In this document: one piece after another, positions 30,953 through 40,336 of the stretch | How positions within the stretch are numbered: position 1 is the stretch's first letter | How the letters are laid out: each line of letters opens with the position of its first letter | Source of the DNA: a virus | Taxonomy: Duplodnaviria; Caudoviricetes | Reading direction: 5' to 3' (one strand) | DNA length: 62,536 nt | Virus record (IMG/VR): IMGVR_UViG_3300036944_000366 | Span: 1-62,536 of that record | Program-made: the position numbers and the translations under genes | Notes under the pieces: generated by a model | Databases searched by the model: none | Told to the model about the DNA's origin: nothing | The model's input: only the letters and a program-made list of their open reading frames with translations

Positions 30953-31756
30953 TTATTTGATGTGCACGAACGGTGTGACCTGTCCGGGCATCGTGGTCGG
31001 CAGCTTACCGTCCCACTTCTCGATGGCCTTCAACTCCACGTACTCTTTGCCGCCTTGCGATGTGATGGCAGCAGCACGCATACGGATTGCATCAGCATCA
31101 CCTTGCGCTTCGACACGCTTACGATCAGCTTCAGCTTTGGCCAGCTCGACTTCCTTTTGCTTTGCGGCAATCTGGAAGTTGCGGTTTGCGGACTCCTTGA
31201 TGGATGCCTCCAGCGCAGGGTCGGTCACCAAGTTGCGCACGTTTGCGCTACGCACAAAGAACCAACCCTTGCCAGCGCTCTCGTCCAAGTCCTTTTGCAG
31301 GGCTTCAACAACCTTGGCTGCAATGGCCACGCGCTCGGTGTGCACAGTCTCGGAGCTGTAGCCAGACACGGCGTTGTAGATTGCTTCTCGGGCTTGGCGC
31401 GTCACGTAGTTGTTACCAACACGCACACCGTCCTCACCCTTGAACTCAGCCAAATCACCGGGCCAGCGGGTCATGATTTCCGAGGCCTTTGCGGAGTCGA
31501 TCTGGTAGTAGATGTCCACGTCCAAGTCGGTCAGCGTAATCTTGTCCTTGGTCTGCGGCTTCATGTCGTTCATCTGAAGCAGCAACTCCTTTGCTGTGAC
31601 TTCAGTGACGCGCTTGAACAGCGTGAAGAACACGCCCGGTGGCATGGTCTCTTTCTTGACTTGGCCCATGGTGGACTCAACGCCGATGTTGCCGGTGTCG
31701 ATCTGGGTGCAGGCAGACAGTGCTGCTGCCGCGACGATGGTTAACAGTTTTTTCAT
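30953..31756 (-). CDS. SPFH / band-7 domain lipoprotein
   Basis: Lipobox LSAC; IDTGNIGV; C-terminal AEA coiled coil and IEKWDGKLP. Confidence 0.88.
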   Translation of the reverse strand: MKKLLTIVAAAALSACTQIDTGNIGVESTMGQVKKETMPPGVFFTLFKRVTEVTAKELLLQMNDMKPQTKDKITLTDLDVDIYYQIDSAKASEIMTRWPGDLAEFKGEDGVRVGNNYVTRQAREAIYNAVSGYSSETVHTERVAIAAKVVEALQKDLDESAGKGWFFVRSANVRNLVTDPALEASIKESANRNFQIAAKQKEVELAKAEADRKRVEAQGDADAIRMRAAAITSQGGKEYVELKAIEKWDGKLPTTMPGQVTPFVHIK

Positions 31757-31763
31757 TTGCTTC

Positions 31764-31955
31764 TCACAGTATTTTTGTTGATGTCAGGTTGGTCTGGAAG
31801 ACCAAACCCAGTAAAGCGATACAGACCAAGGCCAGTACGGCAAGCGCGTGGCGCTTGAGCAGGATAGTCGCCAAGACTTTTTCCCGGTTGTTCAGGTAGT
31901 ACCAGAGGAAATACCCTCCGACTACCAGCAGCAAAAGAAGCACTAGGTGTTTCAT
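31764..31955 (-). CDS. Small two-TM membrane protein
   Basis: Two hydrophobic stretches. Confidence 0.65.
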   Translation of the reverse strand: MKHLVLLLLLVVGGYFLWYYLNNREKVLATILLKRHALAVLALVCIALLGLVFQTNLTSTKIL

Positions 31956-31964
31956 AGGTAAGGT

Positions 31965-32051
31965 GGGGGTACTCGCTGCGTCTGCGGGGGCTGCACCGCA
32001 TGAACTGAATCACTTGGCTGGGCGTTATCCAACAGCATCCGCTTTCCCCCC
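31965..32051 (-). ncRNA. Candidate structured RNA element downstream of the SSB-like gene
   Basis: GGGGG-GAAA-GC...CUG / CAG...GC-GAGUA-CCCCC closing stem with loop-E-like internal loop. Confidence 0.5.
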
Positions 32052-32058
32052 GATTTAA

Positions 32059-33039
32059 TTACTCGTCGTCCCAGTCGGACACGATGTCAGCCAGCTTGGA
32101 CTTCTTGGCAGGCACGGCACCACCTTTGGCGGTCTCCTTGCGCACTTCGGGTTCGTCCGTTTCAGCTTCTTCCACTGGCTTGGCTTTGGGCTTGGCCTTG
32201 GCGGCTTTGACTTCGGCCATCGCGGCAGTGTCGTCCTCGTCCATCATCTCGCCCATGGGCTTAGCAACGGGCTTTGGCGCAGCGCCGCCGATGTTCATCG
32301 GTGCGGCTTTCACGCCGTCAGCTTGCGCCACGGTCAGGGTCACAGCCTTCTTGGCATCGTCAGACTCGCCTTGCGTCACAGCAATCGGGTACTCGTCGTC
32401 TGTCAACCAGCGCGTAGGCGCGAAGAACAGCTTGGGAGACTCGGCCTTGGTGTCGAACTTCATGCGCGTGACGATCTGCTCGGGGTTAACCGGAGGTGTC
32501 TGCGCTGCCAAGTAGCGGGCGTAGGCTTGCAGGGGACGCTTGTCGCCTTCTTCCTTACCGAAGATGCTGGTAGCTGGGAGTGTCAGTTGCAGCACATCAC
32601 CTTCAGGGTTGTTGGCCAGCACAACAGCAAGGCGCTGTTGGAAGCGGCAGGCGCGGCTGTTGCCGTTACCGGAACCGGCTTCGTTCTGTGGGCAACCCAT
32701 GCAGGCGTGGTTCTGCGGGGCCGAGATGCTTGCGTCAGGCTTCTCGCCGTCATTGCTCCAGCAGTCAGGGCGCACGATTGCGTCAGCGTTGTAAGCGCCA
32801 GCGTAGAAGATGCGGCTGACCTTGGGGGCAGCGCGAACAATGATGACGTCAAGGTGGCGGTCGTCGATGCTGGTGATCTCCTTGCCGCCTGCCACCAGAC
32901 GGAACACGCCGCCTTTGATGGAGATGCGCTTGGTAGATACGCCAGAACCGCCGGTCAGGGCCTTGGCTGTGTCAGACAACTCGTTGTTACGAGCAAATGC
33001 GGGGACGTTGGACGAACTGAAAAGCGTAATGTTGCTCAT
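32059..33039 (-). CDS. Putative ssDNA-binding protein
   Basis: RISIKGGVFR, Cys cluster (CWS...CMGCPQN...AC), acidic tail DWDDE; replication module. Confidence 0.6.
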   Translation of the reverse strand: MSNITLFSSSNVPAFARNNELSDTAKALTGGSGVSTKRISIKGGVFRLVAGGKEITSIDDRHLDVIIVRAAPKVSRIFYAGAYNADAIVRPDCWSNDGEKPDASISAPQNHACMGCPQNEAGSGNGNSRACRFQQRLAVVLANNPEGDVLQLTLPATSIFGKEEGDKRPLQAYARYLAAQTPPVNPEQIVTRMKFDTKAESPKLFFAPTRWLTDDEYPIAVTQGESDDAKKAVTLTVAQADGVKAAPMNIGGAAPKPVAKPMGEMMDEDDTAAMAEVKAAKAKPKAKPVEEAETDEPEVRKETAKGGAVPAKKSKLADIVSDWDDE

Positions 33040-33046
33040 GATTGCG

Positions 33047-33463
33047 TTACTTTCGGATTGGTGTTACACGAATGTCGAACCCAGTGACTGAGTTCAAACC
33101 CGGCGGCAGGACGCCGGGGTTTTCTTCCAAGAACTGCGCCATGTTGGTTTGGGCGATGCGCTTTTCCAACAGGTCTACGACTTGATGCTCAAGCACGAAT
33201 GCTTTGAACGAGTCCCAGTCCTGTGTGTTGTAGCGCGTCGACTTCGTCAACGACACGGTTCCAGAGGAAGTCTTGACCGATGTCAGGCCGAGGGCCTTCA
33301 TCTGGTCTTTGATTGCAAGGCGAACTGTTTCGCGCTGCTCCTCAAGGTCAGCCAGCTCTTTGTCGAGCTTGGCTTGCTTGGCCTTGATCTTGGCGTGAAT
33401 GGCGACCAGCGTGTCGAGCGGAATTGCTTCAACTTCCGGTGCTTCTTCGAGGTCTTCAGTCAT
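33047..33463 (-). CDS. Hypothetical replication-module protein
   Basis: Coiled coil then DWDSFKAFV...LLEKRI...PPGL. Confidence 0.75.
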   Translation of the reverse strand: MTEDLEEAPEVEAIPLDTLVAIHAKIKAKQAKLDKELADLEEQRETVRLAIKDQMKALGLTSVKTSSGTVSLTKSTRYNTQDWDSFKAFVLEHQVVDLLEKRIAQTNMAQFLEENPGVLPPGLNSVTGFDIRVTPIRK

Positions 33464-33482
33464 TGCTTTCTCCTAATATTTT

Positions 33483-33498
33483 TGTCAAGCGTTGGACA
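33483..33498. promoter_or_regulatory. Imperfect palindrome, putative operator
   Basis: TGTCAAGCGTTGGACA; 14/16 identical to 46012-46027. Confidence 0.55.
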
Positions 33499-33532
33499 GT
33501 TTACATGGATTTTCTGGTGGTGCAACCCCCTT

Positions 33533-35092
33533 TCAAGAATTTATTTCAAGCGTAAACATCTCTGTCAGAAGTGAGCTATCGCTTACTTTCGCTCCAAGGG
33601 CTTTGAACATCTTGGACTCCACGGGCGAACTCTGGATGTGGAAGACGGTCACCTTGTCGGAGTTCTGCCCCTTGCGGTCGGCACGGGCAATACACTGGAT
33701 GTACTGCTCAACGCTCATCAACGGGCCGTAGAACACCACGGTGTCAGCGGCTGTCAGCGTAATGCCGTGCGCTGTAGCCTGCGGCTGCATGACCAGCACC
33801 CTTGGGTCAGTGTCGGTCTGGAAGCGGTGGATGATGTCGCCTCGTTTGTTGGCCGACACGCCGCCGTGGATGCACTCGTTGGTGATGCCCTTGGATGTCA
33901 GGTGCCGCTGGATGGTCTCGATGCTGGCGCGGAACAACGCGAAGATGATGACCTTGCGCTGCGTCTCCTCCAGAATTTCCTCCAACACGCCAAGGCGTGG
34001 GCCAGCGTCGAACTCCACCACCTCTTTGGTATCCGTGAGCGCAGCACCGCAACTGACTTGCAGCAACTTACTCAGCATAGCAGCGGCGTTGACCGCTGTG
34101 ATGACCTCCCCTGCGGCTTGGACCAGCATCTGGTCCTTGAGCATGTTGTAGTACTTGGCCTGCTGCGGAGTCAGCGGAACCTCACGGGTCAGCGTCATCA
34201 CTGGCGGCAAGTCAAGGCACTGGTCTTTGGAGAAGCGGATCGCTGGTTGCAGCGCGTTGAACACACGGTCACGCGCATCAGGCTTGGGGGCCCACTTGTA
34301 CAGCGTGATCTTGTTCATCACCGAGTCGCGCCATCCTGTGTAGAACAGCGGCACGTTGTCAGGGTTGACCAGCTTGGCCAGCCCATACGCATCAGCAGGC
34401 GACTGCGATGCAGGTGTGCCCGTCATCATCCACAGGTGGGTCGTGGGGCCAATGACAGACTTGAGCGTCTTCCAGCGCTTGGTGGTCACGGTCTTGTAGG
34501 CGTTGGCCTCGTCAACAATCACCAGATCAAAGCGCCCATCATTGATGACCTCATCGGCAATCAGGTTCAGTCCGTCGTAGTTGCAGATCACGAACTCGTA
34601 GTCCTGCTGAATCATCTCGATGCGCCGTGATGACTTGGTGTGGTGCGCCACGATGGCCGAGCGGTGGATGATGCTGTTGTTCAGATCACTGAGCCATGCG
34701 GAGTGCATGATCGACAGTGGGCACAGTATCAACACACGCCGCACAAAGCCTAGCTTCATCAAGTAGTCAGCCGCCCACAGCGCAGCAAGCGTCTTGCCTG
34801 TGCCGGGATCGTTGAAACAAAACGCACGCTTGTGCATGGTCAGAAACGAGGCCGTCTCTACTTGGTGAGCCATAGGCTTGTAGCGCCCCGGCCAGTTATA
34901 GCGCCGTGTGATCGGTGACTGGATGTCCTTCACGCCGAGGTTCTTCAGAACACGCGCCTCATCGAGGCCCCAGTACACAGCCACATCGAAGCCGCCGTCA
35001 TCACGTTCAATGACTTTGTGCTTCGGAATGATCTTGTACTTCTCAGGGTTGCGTGTCCTGAAGACGACGGCCTTGTCGTCAATGATGTCCAT
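33533..35092 (-). CDS. SNF2-family helicase
   Basis: DPGTGKT, IVDEA, MTGTP, HGITLTAA, QCIARADRKGQ. Confidence 0.92.
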   Translation of the reverse strand: MDIIDDKAVVFRTRNPEKYKIIPKHKVIERDDGGFDVAVYWGLDEARVLKNLGVKDIQSPITRRYNWPGRYKPMAHQVETASFLTMHKRAFCFNDPGTGKTLAALWAADYLMKLGFVRRVLILCPLSIMHSAWLSDLNNSIIHRSAIVAHHTKSSRRIEMIQQDYEFVICNYDGLNLIADEVINDGRFDLVIVDEANAYKTVTTKRWKTLKSVIGPTTHLWMMTGTPASQSPADAYGLAKLVNPDNVPLFYTGWRDSVMNKITLYKWAPKPDARDRVFNALQPAIRFSKDQCLDLPPVMTLTREVPLTPQQAKYYNMLKDQMLVQAAGEVITAVNAAAMLSKLLQVSCGAALTDTKEVVEFDAGPRLGVLEEILEETQRKVIIFALFRASIETIQRHLTSKGITNECIHGGVSANKRGDIIHRFQTDTDPRVLVMQPQATAHGITLTAADTVVFYGPLMSVEQYIQCIARADRKGQNSDKVTVFHIQSSPVESKMFKALGAKVSDSSLLTEMFTLEINS

Positions 35093-35107
35093 TACTTCTC
35101 CGTGTGG

Positions 35108-35353
35108 TTATTTTGAACTGGCGCGGTTCTTGGCAACACTGCGCATGCGCAGGTTACTGCGGGCGGATGTGCCACCACTCTTGAGCGGCTTGATGTGGTC
35201 AACATCTTTGCCGTCTCCTTTGCTGGCTGCGCCCTCGGCCTCCATGATGCGGCGGGCTTTCACGCGCTCACCTCGCTTGGCGACTTGCTCGGGCTTGCCG
35301 TGGAAGTCTTTGTACTCTTGCTTGTAGTTACGTTTGCTGGGGTCTTGTGCCAT
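35108..35353 (-). CDS. Small HNH endonuclease
   Basis: DVDHIKPLKSGG...SNLR...N; ATG at 35353. Confidence 0.8.
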   Translation of the reverse strand: MAQDPSKRNYKQEYKDFHGKPEQVAKRGERVKARRIMEAEGAASKGDGKDVDHIKPLKSGGTSARSNLRMRSVAKNRASSK

Positions 35354-35354
35354 A

Positions 35355-36020
35355 TCAATCTTTCTTTCGGTTGTACTCACAGGTTTTAACAACGCACCAC
35401 CCGCATAGCGGTGTGGGCTTGGGGTTCCACACCCCGGTCTCATGCGCCTTTTCAATGCGGGCGACGCGTGTCCGGTAATCCCACCAATACTCCTCGGCCT
35501 CACCGCGCAAGAAGCTGGCCTTGACCAAGTCGTTCTTGACCACGAACAGCAGACCGCCACTGACCTTGCGTATGTGCGGGAAGTGCACGAACACCATCAG
35601 CGCCATCAGCCGAAGCTGCTCCCGATCCGGGTACTTGTTGTTGCCCGACTTATAGTCGACCACGCGAGCTGTCAAGTTGTCATCGTCGATGATGAGCAAG
35701 TCGGCAATACCGCGCACCCATACATCTTTGTCCATGAATCCGCAAGGGCGCAGATCGGACGTGACGCCCATCTCGTGCTCACACAGCTTGCGGCCGGGCT
35801 TGGCTTTGAGCGCATCGAGCATGTCCTTGATGAACTCAAACTGTGGTGGCAACGGCGTGTTGTCCTTGATGTAGAACTCCGCCGCGGAGTGCAGCTCCTT
35901 GCCGTACAGCGTAGCCTCTGTGTCAGTGAACGGGTAGCTCTTGAGCACCTTCACCTCGTGGTAGCGCCGGGGACAACCTTCGTAGTCCTTGAGCGCGGAG
36001 TGCGACCATTTAACTGTCAT
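35355..36020 (-). CDS. PD-(D/E)XK (Cas4/RecB-like) exonuclease
   Basis: GCPRRY; RGIADL...VVDYKSG; QL; CGWC...C. Confidence 0.88.
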   Translation of the reverse strand: MTVKWSHSALKDYEGCPRRYHEVKVLKSYPFTDTEATLYGKELHSAAEFYIKDNTPLPPQFEFIKDMLDALKAKPGRKLCEHEMGVTSDLRPCGFMDKDVWVRGIADLLIIDDDNLTARVVDYKSGNNKYPDREQLRLMALMVFVHFPHIRKVSGGLLFVVKNDLVKASFLRGEAEEYWWDYRTRVARIEKAHETGVWNPKPTPLCGWCVVKTCEYNRKKD

Positions 36021-36199
36021 CGTGTTTCCTTTGTGTTTTGGTCAATCCACTTGAGCGCCTCGCCCATCTCGGTGTACTCCTCGATGGGTACTACGCGAAC
36101 GTCCATATCACCTTTTTCCCGGTGCGTCATTAACAGCACGCCTGTGCCGTACAACAAAGCGTTTTTGAACAGCTCATCAAAGATGACATCTTCTTCCAT
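36017..36199 (-). CDS. Hypothetical protein
   Basis: Overlapping start/stop with neighbours. Confidence 0.6.
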   Translation of the reverse strand: MEEDVIFDELFKNALLYGTGVLLMTHREKGDMDVRVVPIEEYTEMGEALKWIDQNTKETR

Positions 36200-36507
36200 C
36201 AGAACCTCGCAGATTGAATTGCTTTTGATAACCGGGTGCTGAACCCTTCGACGAAGTGCTCGTCGTTGTTCAGGTCGGGGCGGTCCATGCTCTCAAGGAT
36301 GGCGTGTGTCAGCTCATGCCAGAACGTCTCTTGCAGTGCAGACAGTTTCAGCGGTATGCCGTGGTACGACTTACGCGCCAAGGTGATGGTGCGCTTGGCG
36401 TAGTGCACCTCCCCCATGTACAGACGCTCACGCATCGACTCAGCGATGTCCACGCTGTACCAGTTCTCACCCACCTTGATCTTTTTGGGTAGTGTCAGTT
36501 GCTTCAT
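36199..36507 (-). CDS. Small zincin-like (HExxH) protein
   Basis: TFWHELTHAIL...E. Confidence 0.75.
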   Translation of the reverse strand: MKQLTLPKKIKVGENWYSVDIAESMRERLYMGEVHYAKRTITLARKSYHGIPLKLSALQETFWHELTHAILESMDRPDLNNDEHFVEGFSTRLSKAIQSARF

Positions 36508-36631
36508 TTGCTTTCTCCTTAGTTAAAACTTGACGCAGTGTCCACCGTGCGTCAACACGGTCAGCAAACCATCGAAACAGTTTGCGGCAGTCATCTTGCA
36601 GCAGGTATGGTGGCCACCCCGTCTTTTTCAT
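36467..36631 (-). CDS. 54-aa hypothetical protein (not in ORF track)
   Basis: MKKTGWPPYLLQDDCRKLFRWFADRVDAR...; starts right after the polymerase stop. Confidence 0.5.
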   Translation of the reverse strand: MKKTGWPPYLLQDDCRKLFRWFADRVDARWTLRQVLTKEKANEATDTTQKDQGG

Positions 36632-36632
36632 A

Positions 36633-38624
36633 TCAGCCCTTTGCTAAACCATAACGGCGGTGTGCACCGACCTCTGAGTTCAGCGGTATGCCGGGCATGT
36701 ACTTAGGCGGAGCAATCATCTGCTCCAGCACCCAGCCCTTGGCATACTCGACCTCAGCGTCAGGCACGACACAGAGCAATTCATCATGCACTGTGCCTAC
36801 CACGGGGTACTTCTTGTCCACCCGTAGCATGCCGTCCGTCATCACCACACGCGCAGTTCCCTGCACGATGTTGTTCGTTATCTTACCTGCATACAGCTTG
36901 GTTGGCTTGACGCCCTCCTCCCCGTACACCCAGTTGCGTTGCTTTGTTTCTTTATCGACTTCGTTACGTAAGTTCGGATACTTGAGGGTCATGCCCGAGG
37001 GCAAGACGATCTCTTCTTTTCTGAACGTGACGCATTTATACACCACCTCTTCGCCGCCGTAAAGCGACTTCTCCATCAGCTTGGAGCACATGTCCCAGAA
37101 GCTGACCACGGGGTGCGCTGTGCTGCGGTAGATGTCGATGATCTTCTTGGCCGCGACACAGTGGATCAGCAGCTCCCGCTCCGTACAGGTGTGGGGAATC
37201 TCCCGGAGCTTCTTAACATTCTCGTCCCACCCAACGAAGCGGTCGATGTAGGCGGCGTCCACACCGAGCTTCTTTGCAAACGCTTTGTCGTAGCGTACGG
37301 GAGGAGCGCCAAGGAATCCAACGAGAAGCTGAGCAGCGAAAGACGCCCAGCCAAGCCCGTACCCGCAGCCAAGGAGTGCCGACTTTGCAGACTGTCGCAA
37401 GTCTGGGTGGCTTTCTTTTGAAAGGCCGGGTATGTTGAACATCTGAGCGCCGAAAGCGGCGTAAGCGTCACTGCCAGACCTGAAGATGTCGAGCATATCT
37501 TCGTAATCCGCAAACCACGCAAGTACTCGCGGTTCAATTTGTGAAAGGTCCCCGACGACAAGCTGGTTCCCCAGCGGTGCCATGATTGCTTTGCGTAAGA
37601 ACGAACCTCGCTTGAGGTTTTGCATGTTGATCGCACTGCCTTTGGCCGCAGTCCAACGGCCCGTTGCCGCGCCGTAGTAGCTAAGCGGAACCGGGAGCGG
37701 GCCCCTGCCCGAGATGTCAAGGAAACGCTGGGCACGGGTACGTTCGGTTGTAGACTTAACGCGAAGACGCGCTTCACAAAGAAGGGCAACGTCTTCACGT
37801 TCACCGTTGAGCAGCGCTTGAAATAGCGCGTCATTTTTTGCGAGAGCAAACGCCTCCTTCCCAGTGGTCTTGCTGATTTTCGTAGGGGGAGTGACGCCCA
37901 TGAGAGTAAGTACTTGCGCAAACTTATCGTTCGACGCAAGCGAAGACTCCTCAATGCCGAGTTTCTTAAGTAGCCCTTCACGTTTTTCTCCTTCTTCTGA
38001 TAGCGCTTTGATGAGCATCTCCCTGTCCAGCTCAAGGCAGGCGTTGGTGTACATGCGCAGGGTCATGTCGATGAGGCGCAGTTCTTTGGCTGGATACCCT
38101 TTGATGAGCCGCAAGAAAATCTGCTCACACAACCATGTGTCGTGGCAGCAGTAGTCGGCAAGGATGGCCTCAACATCCGCAGGCAGCTCGTCCAGAATAT
38201 TCTCTGACGGAGACAGCCCATCGCCCTTGGGCGGCAGGTTAAACAGCGCAGCCAGCTTGGCCAGACTGTTGCCCACCTCAACCCCGCGCAGTGCACGGCC
38301 CATCGACAACGTGTCGAAGATGAACGCAGGTCGGGCGTTGTAGTGCCAGCTCATGATGGACACATCAAACAGTGCGTTCTGTGCAACCACCGCAGTGCGG
38401 CTCCAGTCGATCAGCGCAAAGAACTTGGGCAGCTCTTTGCGTGTCACCCATACTGCGGGTTCTGCGCTGCCCAGCGGCTTCCACGATAGGCCCCATGCTT
38501 TGAAGCGCGGGTCGCGTACGTACTCCTCGTTGGTCTGTGTTGAGAACCCAAGCCGCACATCAGGTGAGCGGCCCCATGCTGTCTCGAAGTCCAGCACTAT
38601 GACTTGGTCGTATGGTGCGCTCAA
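36633..38624 (-). CDS. polA: DNA polymerase family A with 3'-5' exonuclease
   Basis: LDFET exo motif; GDLSQIEPR motif A; RQSAKSALLGCGYG motif B; TVHDE motif C. Confidence 0.95.
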   Translation of the reverse strand: MSAPYDQVIVLDFETAWGRSPDVRLGFSTQTNEEYVRDPRFKAWGLSWKPLGSAEPAVWVTRKELPKFFALIDWSRTAVVAQNALFDVSIMSWHYNARPAFIFDTLSMGRALRGVEVGNSLAKLAALFNLPPKGDGLSPSENILDELPADVEAILADYCCHDTWLCEQIFLRLIKGYPAKELRLIDMTLRMYTNACLELDREMLIKALSEEGEKREGLLKKLGIEESSLASNDKFAQVLTLMGVTPPTKISKTTGKEAFALAKNDALFQALLNGEREDVALLCEARLRVKSTTERTRAQRFLDISGRGPLPVPLSYYGAATGRWTAAKGSAINMQNLKRGSFLRKAIMAPLGNQLVVGDLSQIEPRVLAWFADYEDMLDIFRSGSDAYAAFGAQMFNIPGLSKESHPDLRQSAKSALLGCGYGLGWASFAAQLLVGFLGAPPVRYDKAFAKKLGVDAAYIDRFVGWDENVKKLREIPHTCTERELLIHCVAAKKIIDIYRSTAHPVVSFWDMCSKLMEKSLYGGEEVVYKCVTFRKEEIVLPSGMTLKYPNLRNEVDKETKQRNWVYGEEGVKPTKLYAGKITNNIVQGTARVVMTDGMLRVDKKYPVVGTVHDELLCVVPDAEVEYAKGWVLEQMIAPPKYMPGIPLNSEVGAHRRYGLAKG

Positions 38625-38905
38625 TTAAATAACTCCTTGGGGGGTGCATCGCGCAGCACCATTGCTTGCGCCATATCGTTTGCCTGTCCGATCATGGTGG
38701 CCAAATCCATCTCGTCAGCGCCAACGCAGAACGTCAGCATCGCGTCTCCAGTATCGACCAGCACAACTGCTTTGTTGGGCAGGTCGGGGTTGTAGCACTT
38801 GGCCAGCATCATGATGAGTTTGCCGAAGTGATCGCGCAGGCCCATGTCGCTGTTGCTCAGGCTCTCTATCGTGGCATCCCACGACTCTTGTGTCAGCTTA
38901 TCCAT
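38621..38905 (-). CDS. Hypothetical protein
   Basis: Overlaps both neighbours. Confidence 0.7.
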   Translation of the reverse strand: MDKLTQESWDATIESLSNSDMGLRDHFGKLIMMLAKCYNPDLPNKAVVLVDTGDAMLTFCVGADEMDLATMIGQANDMAQAMVLRDAPPKELFN

Positions 38906-39189
38906 GCTTGCAACTCCTGTTCTAGTTCTTCCAAATTATCCTCACGGACCACAACCGCGAACCCGTATGCGGCTTTGATTGCCTGAAGCTCGCGCTCCTG
39001 TAGTGCCGTGGTCTTGCCCTTGCCCGCCTTGCACTCGATAGCGATGAAGCGGCCTTGGTAGCATCCGATGATGTCGGGGATACCTGAGCGCCCAAGCCCC
39101 ATGCCCGGAGGCATGAAGTGGTAGATGCCCAAGCGGTCCAGTACCTTGCGTACTTCGTTCTTGACCTTCTTCTCTGGGGTGTCAGCCAT
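38893..39189 (-). CDS. VRR-NUC nuclease (putative resolvase)
   Basis: GIPDII...FIAIECKAGKGKTTALQ. Confidence 0.88.
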   Translation of the reverse strand: MADTPEKKVKNEVRKVLDRLGIYHFMPPGMGLGRSGIPDIIGCYQGRFIAIECKAGKGKTTALQERELQAIKAAYGFAVVVREDNLEELEQELQAWIS

Positions 39190-39427
39190 TTTGAATCTCC
39201 GCGAGTTTGACTGCGTAGTGCCGCGCCTTGTTGGCGTCGTCACTGTCCTTCTTGCCTTGACGCATGGCGTACTTGATGACGTTGCCTTTGAGGAAGCCCA
39301 CGAACTCCTCGTGCGTGAGCACAGCCTCCATCACAGCCCAAGGCTGGATGCCCATGTCTTTGTAGTGTTGGCCACCAATCTGCAAATCGTTTGCAGTGGT
39401 TCCGTTGAATCCGTCTTTGATGTTCAT
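39182..39427 (-). CDS. DUF3310 family protein
   Basis: QIGGQHY...QPW...GFLKGNVIKYAMR...DANKARHY. Confidence 0.85.
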   Translation of the reverse strand: MNIKDGFNGTTANDLQIGGQHYKDMGIQPWAVMEAVLTHEEFVGFLKGNVIKYAMRQGKKDSDDANKARHYAVKLAEIQNG

Positions 39428-39678
39428 GTGGTTCTCCTTCGTTTAGCATCTGGTCGTGGGCAATTTTCTGGGGGCACAACTACGCACCATACGGCGCTGG
39501 GCATTCCCCTCCCGCCGTAGTGTGTCCATCTGTCGATGTATGCGTCTGGCATTTCTTTCAGGCGCTTGCGCACGCTGGGCGGTTCGAGGTTAAGGTAGTT
39601 GGCTATCGTGCCAACATCCATCCCGTCAGGGTTTTTCCTGAGCAGGGCGCGTAGTGAGTGCGTGGCGTAAGTTCTCAT
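39424..39678 (-). CDS. HTH-like hypothetical protein
   Basis: LRKNPDGMDVGTIA...MPDAYIDRW...VVPPENCPRP. Confidence 0.7.
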   Translation of the reverse strand: MRTYATHSLRALLRKNPDGMDVGTIANYLNLEPPSVRKRLKEMPDAYIDRWTHYGGRGMPSAVWCVVVPPENCPRPDAKRRRTT

Positions 39679-39971
39679 AGTTCGTGCTTGTTGAGTGAGG
39701 GCTTGACGTTGGGGGCAGCGCGGCTGTAAACGCCGAACTGTTTGTACGCAGTGACAGCCAGCTCCTTGTCTTTCTTGCGCGACCCCAGTTTGTGGATCGT
39801 ACCTATACTTTTGCCAAGTTGGCGTTGGGAGTCCACAAAATCCGTGGCAATTTGTGCTCCGCTCTTACCGTCCTCGCCCTTGGCCCGGAAAGTGTGGTCT
39901 TTAAGAAACATGCTGTCGCGGGGGTTGCTGGCCCACAGGAACGGCGAGTCGGGGTGGCATTTACATTTCAT
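39675..39971 (-). CDS. Hypothetical protein
   Basis: ATGA overlaps both sides. Confidence 0.65.
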   Translation of the reverse strand: MKCKCHPDSPFLWASNPRDSMFLKDHTFRAKGEDGKSGAQIATDFVDSQRQLGKSIGTIHKLGSRKKDKELAVTAYKQFGVYSRAAPNVKPSLNKHEL

Positions 39972-40336
39972 GTGTTCTTCTCCTTGAGTTTGTCTTCAAC
40001 CCGTTTCATTGCCCGTTCAGGAATAGTGTCCCAACAATCTGCCAACTCTTTATTTGTCAGCCCAACCCATTGCCGCTGTGCTGCGGGTGGGGTGGTGTTT
40101 AACCGATTCAATAGCCACTCCATGACATTCAAAGATACAAATTCCCGTGTGTTTTCGTAAATTTCTTGCTCAAGGCTGTCTATTGTTGCCACAGGCTCCT
40201 GCACAGTTGCTGAACGGGCTTGCTTGATGGCGGTGCAAGCGTCTTCTGCCATTGCGTAATCCATCAAACTAGTAGACGTGTCGATGAAATACTCCAACGC
40301 CGCCAGCGCCAAGTTGAGTGCTTCGTCTTTGGTCAT
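39968..40336 (-). CDS. Modular accessory protein (QEPVA / TTPPAA family)
   Basis: Shares N-, mid- and C-terminal blocks with 41113, 42196 and 42694 genes. Confidence 0.75.
   Translation of the reverse strand: MTKDEALNLALAALEYFIDTSTSLMDYAMAEDACTAIKQARSATVQEPVATIDSLEQEIYENTREFVSLNVMEWLLNRLNTTPPAAQRQWVGLTNKELADCWDTIPERAMKRVEDKLKEKNT

Noticed and set aside
35355-36020. Cas4-like gene as evidence of a CRISPR system
   Set aside because: It is a stand-alone PD-(D/E)XK nuclease in an ordinary replication module; no array or other cas genes.
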